IMG/VR virus record: IMGVR_UViG_3300030107_002709
Span: 68,964 to 132,963 of that record
DNA: 64,000 nt
Strand: one strand, 5' to 3'
Origin: a virus
Positions within the stretch are counted from its first letter, which is position 1. Each line of letters starts with the position of its first letter. The position numbers were made by a program, and so were the translations under genes. The notes under the pieces were generated by a model. That model saw nothing but the letters and a program-made list of their open reading frames with translations. It did not search any database and was not told where the DNA came from. This document shows positions 57,531-64,000 of this stretch, one piece after another.

Positions 57531-57572
57531 AATGTAATAATACACGATTTCCGAGGAATTTGGTGGGTCTGT

Positions 57573-57594
57573 GTGCCACTTTGAGAACTGGAAC
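57573..57594. promoter_or_regulatory. 22-bp palindromic early-promoter element, copy D
   Basis: GTGCCACTT-TGAG-AACTGGAAC; 30 bp upstream of minus-strand TATTAT (57537-57542). Confidence 0.6.
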
Positions 57595-57779
57595 AACCTT
57601 GCTTGACTTTCGATCCCTTGCGGGCTTAGACAACAAGAACAGAGCACCTTACCTATATTTTTTTAATGATTTATAAAGTTTTCCACAATCCACAAATAAC
57701 CTGTGGAAAACCCAGTCATACCAATGTGCGGAAGGTTACTGAAGGATACTATCCATTGTATACTTTATGCATACTATGT

Positions 57780-57992
57780 TCATGCCTTAAAATACTTGTC
57801 TAATACAGTTATTTGATCCTCATAACGTGCTATTTTATCAAGCTCTTGTGCTATTGCTCCTGTTATGTCTGAATGTTCACCTATACCTACAGATGCATTC
57901 AAATATACTTCAATATTAGCACGACACATCTCTATCTCACCATGTGCATGTACTGTTAGTGCTTTCATTAATACTGCTCTTTGTGATGCCAT
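57780..57992 (-). CDS. Conserved small phage protein
   Basis: AN.EVYL...VGIGEH.DI..AI..ELD motif; GAGG RBS. Confidence 0.75.
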   Translation of the reverse strand: MASQRAVLMKALTVHAHGEIEMCRANIEVYLNASVGIGEHSDITGAIAQELDKIARYEDQITVLDKYFKA

Positions 57993-58088
57993 GATGATAA
58001 CCTCTTATTGTTTATATTATACCATATCTATGATCATTTGTCTTTATTCTTTCGTTTTGTTAATTGATTGTTATGTGTTATTGGTATT

Positions 58089-58355
58089 CTATCTTTCTTT
58101 CTTAAGGGCGTACCAGGTTTCTTCAAATCTTTCTTGATTTGTTTGAGCTTCTTTAAATGCTCTTTGATTGCATGACTGTCCATTGTTATTATTCCAGTGT
58201 TTGATTACACCTGCAACAATAAAACAATTAGTAGTGAGATAAGAAATGAAAATAATACTACGTATGATAGTAATGTAGTTGTCGTAGGGTTTAGTCTTCT
58301 CATCAGAGTAACTGCCCAATGCATATTTCCAGACATTAAACAGTTTCGATATCAT
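58089..58355 (-). CDS. Small membrane protein
   Basis: WKYALGS.SD.KT..YDN...IR and TN.FIVAGVI.HW motifs. Confidence 0.65.
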   Translation of the reverse strand: MISKLFNVWKYALGSYSDEKTKPYDNYITIIRSIIFISYLTTNCFIVAGVIKHWNNNNGQSCNQRAFKEAQTNQERFEETWYALKKER

Positions 58356-58596
58356 ACTCTATTACTATCTTCTTACTTGACCTCTTGCTTGAGTTTAATG
58401 TCTCGTAATGTGTGTATTCTCCTTCCATTAATCTTTTCATTAATTTATGATCGAGCCCTGATAAGAACTCTGCGTTATTAATTGCTTTTATTACTGATTG
58501 TAATGCAGTTGGTTTTTCGTTTTCAAAACCAGCGAGATCATTGTTCTTTGCCTTTTCAAGTGCCTTATCAATGTCTATGCTAAATTCATCACTCAT
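58336..58596 (-). CDS. Hypothetical protein
   Basis: ORF track; KKIVIEY C-terminal motif. Confidence 0.6.
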   Translation of the reverse strand: MSDEFSIDIDKALEKAKNNDLAGFENEKPTALQSVIKAINNAEFLSGLDHKLMKRLMEGEYTHYETLNSSKRSSKKIVIEYDIETV

Positions 58597-58738
58597 GATG
58601 GTTCTTGGTAATCATCTTCCATTTCACAAGCTCTACGATGTTGTTCCTTCTCGTATTCAAATTGTGACGCATGATCATGGTGTATAATAGTTTTAGCATC
58701 GAACTCACTGTTAGTAGCATTTGGATTGGCTTTGATTG

Positions 58739-58984
58739 TTAATCCCATGGCTGGTTCTTAAATTCTAATAGTTTGTTTCTTATGTGCATAGGGGCACATT
58801 GTATGAGTGTATCAATCTCTGCCTCAGTAAGCTTGAGATGATGCACCTTCAAAGGTACAGTTGGATGATGGTCGTCATCATCATTTAATATTGGTGTGCA
58901 TACGGCACGACATGTCTCATCTTGTTCATCTTCACGACATACTTCAAGACATTCAAAATACCTTTCATGTTTATCTTCTGTCAT
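58739..58984 (-). CDS. Small Cys-containing protein
   Basis: YFECLEVC...CRAVC motif. Confidence 0.6.
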   Translation of the reverse strand: MTEDKHERYFECLEVCREDEQDETCRAVCTPILNDDDDHHPTVPLKVHHLKLTEAEIDTLIQCAPMHIRNKLLEFKNQPWD

Positions 58985-59388
58985 TTCTTTCTCTCTCTAC
59001 TGATTTCATGGCCAAATATTCAACAAGCAAGTATATCCATGCTGTTCCTAATACTATGATTAAGAACACACGAATAGAACTAGGGCTTGTATCAATCATT
59101 TCTGTTCATTGAACTGATCAGGTAGACTCTTGTTGAACCGATCTATGTCCCACTTCTCCCATGTTTTATATGGTACAATGAAACATTGTTTGACGAACCA
59201 CTCTGCCCATAGGAAGGCAACAATGACTGCATCAAGTGGATCTTTCGGGTATTTCGGCATTTGTGATCTCTATCCTTATAGGTTCGTTTAATCGTTGAAA
59301 TATGTTATTGACTGCGTATGCAGTGAATACCTGTGGAATAATGAATGCAACCATCGCTACTATCCAAAAGATATAGTAATAGTTCTCT

Positions 59389-59571
59389 TTATTCTGTGTC
59401 CTCATTAGTTAGCTCTTTCCAATGTGAATACATTTGTCCAAACATCATACCTTCATGTGATTTTAAATCATCACCGTCAAGTATTTCTATTTGACGTTTC
59501 GATAGTTTTCCCTTCTGGAGTTCTTTGTACTCTTGGGGGAATTGGGCGATTCGCTTTGCGATGTTGCTCAT
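59389..59571 (-). CDS. Small hypothetical protein
   Basis: ORF track. Confidence 0.55.
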   Translation of the reverse strand: MSNIAKRIAQFPQEYKELQKGKLSKRQIEILDGDDLKSHEGMMFGQMYSHWKELTNEDTE

Positions 59572-59716
59572 TCTTTAACTGTCTCTCCATCTCGTATTCA
59601 AGTGTGGTTAAATGATCATTCAAGAAATGCTCATACTCATTATCTTCAATAAGATCATGTAAATGTGCGATGTGCTCAAGTGCGAACGTGAGCTTGGTTT
59701 CCAGATTTAATGTCAT
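59477..59716 (-). CDS. Small hypothetical protein
   Basis: ORF track; L.FALEH...L..LIE.NEY...L...L....YE.ERQL pattern. Confidence 0.55.
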   Translation of the reverse strand: MTLNLETKLTFALEHIAHLHDLIEDNEYEHFLNDHLTTLEYEMERQLKNEQHRKANRPIPPRVQRTPEGKTIETSNRNT

Positions 59717-60233
59717 CTAAGGTAAATAGCGATTTTAATTCAAGATCGTGGTCATGCCATAGAAATGGCTCGTAGTTCTTTCTATCTACTATGGTAACAA
59801 CTCGCTCCACATTATATCCTAGTTCACGACACACATCAACTGCGAGTAATGCAGATGCACCTGTTGTGGTAACATCCTCTAATACTGCTATTTTCGCTCC
59901 CTTTGGGGGTAATGGTCCTTCGACCTGCGACTGTGTTCCGTGTCCTTTGGGTGTCTTGCGGATGATGAGAGCATCCAATGGTCTCCATGTCTGATAAGAC
60001 ATCATCGCAACTGCTGATACAAGTGGATCAGCACCTAGTGTGAGACCTGCTACTGCACTAATATCTTTATCAATGTGATCAAGTATTAATGTAGAACAAT
60101 AGTATAAACCCTGACCTGATAAGGTGAGTGGTTTACAGTTTACATAGTATTTTGATTTCTCACCTGATGAGAGTGTGTAGTCTCCCTCCTTATAACATTT
60201 GTCTACAATGTATTTGAGTAACTCGTCTTCCAT
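59676..60233 (-). CDS. pyrE: Orotate phosphoribosyltransferase (auxiliary metabolic gene)
   Basis: TLSSG..S.YY, GLTLGADP, RK..K.HGT and PRPP-binding VLEDVTTTGAS. Confidence 0.93.
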   Translation of the reverse strand: MEDELLKYIVDKCYKEGDYTLSSGEKSKYYVNCKPLTLSGQGLYYCSTLILDHIDKDISAVAGLTLGADPLVSAVAMMSYQTWRPLDALIIRKTPKGHGTQSQVEGPLPPKGAKIAVLEDVTTTGASALLAVDVCRELGYNVERVVTIVDRKNYEPFLWHDHDLELKSLFTLDDIKSGNQAHVRT

Positions 60234-60234
60234 G

Positions 60235-60480
60235 CTATCGTGGTGTTCTCCAAGTATCTAGTTGGTCTACCAACCATTCTTTCTTGGGTACATCAGTGTG
60301 ACAGTAACGGCACTGTAATGATGTCCATGATAAATGGTAGATTCTCATCTTAGTCTCACAGTGTGGACATTTGAGATCCTTACCATTCTTACCAGCACGT
60401 GTACGACCAGTAACCTGTTCAAAATGCTCTACGACCTTGCCGTTAACATCTAATTTCTTTTGGGACTGTAATGGGGTCAT
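60235..60480 (-). CDS. Zinc-ribbon protein
   Basis: CPHC...CRYC; start trimmed to lie downstream of the promoter. Confidence 0.7.
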   Translation of the reverse strand: MTPLQSQKKLDVNGKVVEHFEQVTGRTRAGKNGKDLKCPHCETKMRIYHLSWTSLQCRYCHTDVPKKEWLVDQLDTWRTPR

Positions 60481-60511
60481 AATTTGGGCGGCGAGCTCCG
60501 AATACATGTAC

Positions 60512-60574
60512 ATTATATACAAGTATAGGGAGAAAGTCAACCCCTTGTGGGGTGGACAGTTAAGAAACTTACCC
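60512..60574 (-). promoter_or_regulatory. Sigma70-type early promoter with upstream palindrome-like element (copy E)
   Basis: TTGACT (60535-60540)-17 bp-TATAAT (60512-60517); TGGACAGTT-AAGA-AACTTACCC at 60553-60574. Confidence 0.75.
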
Positions 60575-60592
60575 AAACTTAATATAACTGTA

Positions 60593-60925
60593 CTAAATCT
60601 TTGGTATCTTACTGTAGTATTTTGATAGTTGTGGTATTAGATCGCTCTCGACCTTATCCACGATATCATCAACCACGTTAACATCCAAATCCATGAATGG
60701 TGGAATGATGCCAAGTATACGAAGAAGTCCATCAACAAATAATGCTAAACATGTAAATCCTAATATCATACTGATAATGGTAGCATCACGATTATGTTTA
60801 GCCATTGATAGGCGGTCAATTTCCTTTGCTTCATCAACGGCAGCCTTGATTAGTTGATCTACTTCTTTTTTAGTGTAGAATTGTCCTATTCCAGGTATGT
60901 CGTGTATGTTTGGAGTCATTTGCAT
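60593..60925 (-). CDS. Conserved membrane protein
   Basis: HNR.A.IIS..LG...LAL..DGLLR.LG.IPPF motif. Confidence 0.7.
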   Translation of the reverse strand: MQMTPNIHDIPGIGQFYTKKEVDQLIKAAVDEAKEIDRLSMAKHNRDATIISMILGFTCLALFVDGLLRILGIIPPFMDLDVNVVDDIVDKVESDLIPQLSKYYSKIPKI

Positions 60926-61128
60926 TTACCAGTGTAATATGCATCGAAGTATGCTACTATACCAAATGAGACTACATTTCCTTTACTAATCCATTCATCG
61001 ATACATTTGTATATATCGTCATTGTGTTCGGCTTTGGACCATTTGTCCTTAAGTATCTTGAAACAATAACGGCGAAGCTTTAACACTTCATCATTAGTAG
61101 AATCGTTGTCCATTGTAGTCTCTTCCAA
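60916..61128 (-). CDS. Small hypothetical protein
   Basis: ORF track. Confidence 0.55.
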   Translation of the reverse strand: MEETTMDNDSTNDEVLKLRRYCFKILKDKWSKAEHNDDIYKCIDEWISKGNVVSFGIVAYFDAYYTGKCK

Positions 61129-61348
61129 CCTCTATTTCAATGGTATTGAATAATCTATTTAAGGATTGAGCAAATGATCGGTAACCAGTACCAACATATA
61201 ATTGGCCAAGTACAACTGATACTGTTGCTGCACCCCAAAAGATATAATAGAATCGTGATTTCACTTGATTACGTGCTTTGGTTACTTTATATTGTGGCCA
61301 CTCAGGTTTAGGTGATACTGGTGGTTCTGGGTAGTTAGTTTCAGTCAT
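61094..61348 (-). CDS. Small membrane protein
   Basis: KSRFYYIFWGAAT.SVV.GQ.YVG.GY motif. Confidence 0.65.
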   Translation of the reverse strand: MTETNYPEPPVSPKPEWPQYKVTKARNQVKSRFYYIFWGAATVSVVLGQLYVGTGYRSFAQSLNRLFNTIEIEVGRDYNGQRFY

Positions 61349-61475
61349 AATTAGGCATAAATTCTTGTAACAATGTCCTCAAATCAGGACATAATATAAT
61401 AAATAGTGGTAGAATTGGAGAACAAGATGTAACCAAACGGTATTCGTTATGTTATTCAAATTCGAGGGCAAACAC

Positions 61476-61664
61476 ATGCACAATATTCTATCAAGCAACC
61501 AGCTAGCAGAATGGAATCATTTTAATGATTTAAGCATCGAGTCACAAGACCATCTAGAAAAGATAAATGATTATTACGACTGTATGCTGGAATGTGAGAT
61601 GGATCACACACCCAAATCAATCTGTAAGGTGATTCTGCAACCTGAGAATTCAGATTACTATTAG
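61476..61664 (+). CDS. Small Cys-containing protein (MHNILSSNQLAEW...)
   Basis: GAGG RBS; upstream ATAAATA (61399-61405); downstream terminator. Confidence 0.7.
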   Translation: MHNILSSNQLAEWNHFNDLSIESQDHLEKINDYYDCMLECEMDHTPKSICKVILQPENSDYY

Positions 61665-61684
61665 AACAATCTACAAACTATCAC

Positions 61685-61710
61685 AAGACCTCTAAAAGGG
61701 GTCTTTTTTT
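61685..61710 (+). terminator. Intrinsic terminator
   Basis: AAGACCTCT-AAA-AGGGGTCTT-TTTTT. Confidence 0.7.
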
Positions 61711-61907
61711 ATGTTATCTTGTAAATCTAGATCCTGAACCATGTCCAAGACCTTATCAGAGCTCTCTAGTTGATGCAATGACCATAGTATTTGGGATAAC
61801 TCCTTAATAATGTATGGTCTCTCATTACGTGAAGCATGATGTAAGGCATTTCTAATCATGCCTTCTGCTTCGTTAATGTTTTCTTGGGTGACTTGACTAA
61901 GTGCCAT
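61692..61907 (-). CDS. Small conserved phage protein
   Basis: MALS.......EA...IRNAL..A.R.E.P motif. Confidence 0.65.
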   Translation of the reverse strand: MALSQVTQENINEAEGMIRNALHHASRNERPYIIKELSQILWSLHQLESSDKVLDMVQDLDLQDNIKKDPF

Positions 61908-62179
61908 AGTGTGTACTGTTCAGGTTTAAGTTTGAGTCTTTTGATTTGTTTACAGACATCATCATAGTCTCTAAACCATGATCGATTGAATGTATTCTTT
62001 TTAACTGGATGTAAGTACCAAGGCATTGTATTTGATATGTTACCATTACCATTGCCTAGTTCCCATTTAGCATCGGACTTGACTGTGGTATACTCTGGTA
62101 ATTTATCACTCCTGGTCTTACGTGGTTTAGTGTTTAATGCTTTAACATTAGCATCAAACGCTCTTTGTGTCTTCGGCAT
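61856..62179 (-). CDS. Hypothetical basic protein
   Basis: ORF track. Confidence 0.55.
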   Translation of the reverse strand: MPKTQRAFDANVKALNTKPRKTRSDKLPEYTTVKSDAKWELGNGNGNISNTMPWYLHPVKKNTFNRSWFRDYDDVCKQIKRLKLKPEQYTLWHLVKSPKKTLTKQKA

Positions 62180-62450
62180 GAGTGTGCTTTAGTTTACCAG
62201 ACATTTCATAGGCTTCCTTGTTACCACCATGACCATGTGCTATACCTAGTTCATGCATCTTAGCATGTTCATCGATTGGATCACGTAAGTCTTTCTTACC
62301 TGCACCCAATGTAAGATATAGTCCATAACCAACTAATCCAAAGACAATAAGTCCTATGAATATAATAATACCAAGACCTGGTTCAACTAATGGTTGTTTC
62401 TCCCATGTACCAGGTAAATGGTATACTGATGGTTTTGCTAGAAAGATCAT
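62154..62450 (-). CDS. psbN: PsbN-like photosystem II assembly factor with N- and C-terminal extensions
   Basis: Transmembrane helix followed by GYGLYLTLG..KKDLRDPIDEH, matching PsbN GY.LY..FG.....LRDPF.EH. Confidence 0.75.
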   Translation of the reverse strand: MIFLAKPSVYHLPGTWEKQPLVEPGLGIIIFIGLIVFGLVGYGLYLTLGAGKKDLRDPIDEHAKMHELGIAHGHGGNKEAYEMSGKLKHTHAEDTKSV

Positions 62451-62752
62451 AACTTGCCTTCTGCTTTTAGTTCATCGATAGCAGCATTGTATGCATCAAC
62501 ATCAATCTCACTAACGAGATAGTTATAACCAATAAGCTTACGACCTTCATTAGTCTCAAGCTTATCTGTTATCTCCTTATCACTCAACTTTAGTTTTTGA
62601 ATGCGTCTCATGCAAGCACTAGACTTATTAAGGAAATATCGTTTGTATGATGATAGTAACAGTAAGTTTGGTTCTTGTTGTTCTTCAACAACAGGCTCTG
62701 CTACTACATCAACAGTCTCTTCAACTTCAGTTGGAATGGATTGAACCTTCAT
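62447..62752 (-). CDS. Hypothetical protein
   Basis: ORF track. Confidence 0.55.
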   Translation of the reverse strand: MKVQSIPTEVEETVDVVAEPVVEEQQEPNLLLLSSYKRYFLNKSSACMRRIQKLKLSDKEITDKLETNEGRKLIGYNYLVSEIDVDAYNAAIDELKAEGKL

Positions 62753-62854
62753 AGTTTACACTCGGTACATAGTTTTAATAGTTCTTCAATTTCTGCTTTA
62801 AACTTTGCTTTATCTGCTTCAGAGTTAGACTGGACAAACTTAATAGTAAGTTCA

Positions 62855-63103
62855 TCAAGCATCCTCTGCAGCTCTTCTGTAGACTTCTCTGAGGTCATCT
62901 TCCAAGTAAAAATGAGTAGACTCGTTTATATATGTTCTTGGATCCATCCACTCGAAGAACTCATCAGCGAAGCAAATAGCATCATCTGTTCTGTCTTCTT
63001 GGATTAGACACAAGAATCTCTCCTCAACCCAGTCACAAATGTCACTCCGTTGAGATGATATTCTAATCGTCATTTCTTCAGATTCCCCAGTGTCAGGATT
63101 CAT
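62855..63103 (-). CDS. Small acidic hypothetical protein
   Basis: ORF track. Confidence 0.6.
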   Translation of the reverse strand: MNPDTGESEEMTIRISSQRSDICDWVEERFLCLIQEDRTDDAICFADEFFEWMDPRTYINESTHFYLEDDLREVYRRAAEDA

Positions 63104-63335
63104 ACGTTAGTATGTTATTGAGGTGATCGTAAGTAACAAATGTCTTTGATTTTGGTAACAGTTTATTAACTGCTGCTGCAAAGTCATTAGGATACTTACC
63201 AAACAATCTCCAATAACGATCAACCTGATCATCATCTAAATCAGCACGTGGTACAACTGGTGTACGATACGTACCCTTTTCATTTACTGTTGGTACATCA
63301 ATAAGTTCCAACAGTTCGTCACGAATTAGATTCAT
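63093..63335 (-). CDS. Hypothetical protein (start MNLIRDEL)
   Basis: ORF track, start trimmed. Confidence 0.55.
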   Translation of the reverse strand: MNLIRDELLELIDVPTVNEKGTYRTPVVPRADLDDDQVDRYWRLFGKYPNDFAAAVNKLLPKSKTFVTYDHLNNILTYES

Positions 63336-63389
63336 AGTTAAGAGATGGTTATACAGTAATTTAGCACAGAAATGGACAAGCGTCAACCC

Positions 63390-63731
63390 CTATCTAAGAT
63401 AGAGGTATCCACCTGCCCAGTCTGCTCTTGCTATGCACTCACCATATGATACTTCATCTAATAGATTGTAACGTACAATCTTTGCTGGTCCTCTCCATGA
63501 TGCTGGTTTGAATACATCACCAGTCTTCTTATCAATGAATGCATGTACACTCTCTTGATTGTTGATCATCATGATCTTCCAATACTTACGACCTTCAACA
63601 ACATCAAATACTGTATCAAGACATGCATTTCCACCATATCTTCTATCGAAATTCTTTTGTAGTGCTTGACCGAGTATAATAACTCTGTCTGCTACTTTCA
63701 TTGTGTCTGGGTAGAATGCTGTTTTGGTCAT
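63390..63731 (-). CDS. Conserved phage protein (start MTKTAF)
   Basis: GRKY.KI, VHAFIDKKTG.V.KPASW..PAK..RY.L and ADWAGGYLY motifs. Confidence 0.75.
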   Translation of the reverse strand: MTKTAFYPDTMKVADRVIILGQALQKNFDRRYGGNACLDTVFDVVEGRKYWKIMMINNQESVHAFIDKKTGDVFKPASWRGPAKIVRYNLLDEVSYGECIARADWAGGYLYLR

Positions 63732-63762
63732 GACTTCTGGGTGTCCTTTGATTGGTATGTAC

Positions 63763-64000
63763 CTAGTATAAGGGTAATTTGTTCCCAATGGTAGAAATAC
63801 GGTCAGTTTGTAAACTGGCATACTCCTTGTGGAGCTCACACCCATAGTATGATCTATTATTCTTCTTGGATACCATCGCAGTAGTACCTGATCCCATAAA
63901 GGGATCGATTACAATATCACCCTCCTCAGAACCTGCTAGAATGCATGGTTCAATCAAATCAGGTGGGTAGCAAGCGAAATGAGCACCCTTATAAGGTTTG
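63763..64000 (-). CDS. Site-specific DNA amino-methyltransferase (N4-C/N6-A, beta class), 3' end only
   Basis: KPYKGAHFACYPPDLIEPCI...GDIVIDPFMGSGTT (SAM-binding motif I near the C-terminus); ORF runs off the window edge. Confidence 0.88.
   Translation of the reverse strand, partial: KPYKGAHFACYPPDLIEPCILAGSEEGDIVIDPFMGSGTTAMVSKKNNRSYYGCELHKEYASLQTDRISTIGNKLPLY

Larger units (their letters stand above)
54845..57710. repeat. Cluster of 7 perfect TTTTCCACA (DnaA-box-type) nonamers
   Basis: + strand at 54845, 56349 and 57679; - strand (TGTGGAAAA) at 56363, 56651, 56674 and 57702. Confidence 0.85.

Noticed and set aside
57402-57647. 81-aa ORF from the track as a real protein
   Set aside because: It spans the promoter and palindrome, and its Phe/Lys/Ser content follows from the inverted repeats; an RNA structure explains the sequence better
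61476-61664. CP12 auxiliary metabolic gene
   Set aside because: Lacks the AWD.VEEL core and the C-terminal C...P...EC..Y(D/E)D signature
52600-64000. tRNA genes
   Set aside because: No cloverleaf with T-loop GTTCRA and acceptor stem was recognised by eye; tRNAscan-SE would be needed to exclude them fully

Overview
Fragment of a T4-like marine cyanomyophage genome (Kyanoviridae-type; a Prochlorococcus/Synechococcus host is inferred from the psbN-like gene, pyrE and gene order). Positions 1-52.6 kb are mainly a minus-strand late structural module: PAAR, gp25, gp6, gp7, gp8, a VrlC-like protein, very large accessory fibre-like proteins, gp13-gp15 and gp16. It is interspersed with 2OG-Fe(II) oxygenase genes and T4 late promoters (TATAAATA). 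Positions 52.7-64 kb are an early/accessory region of small ORFs with sigma70-type promoters, pyrE, a psbN-like gene and the 3' end of a DNA methyltransferase. Two things stand out. (1) A 2.9-kb stretch (54845-57710) holds seven perfect cyanobacterial-type DnaA boxes (TTTTCCACA), two promoter-driven structured RNA candidates and a 22-bp palindrome at a fixed distance from several -10 boxes; this may be a host-DnaA-binding origin or decoy locus. (2) A four-gene block (341 aa, a 3454-aa repeat protein, a 69-aa stand-alone Mtd-N domain and a 2026-aa adhesin-like protein) looks like a modular scaffold/adaptor fibre system. All calls come from reading the sequence by eye; no database searches were run.
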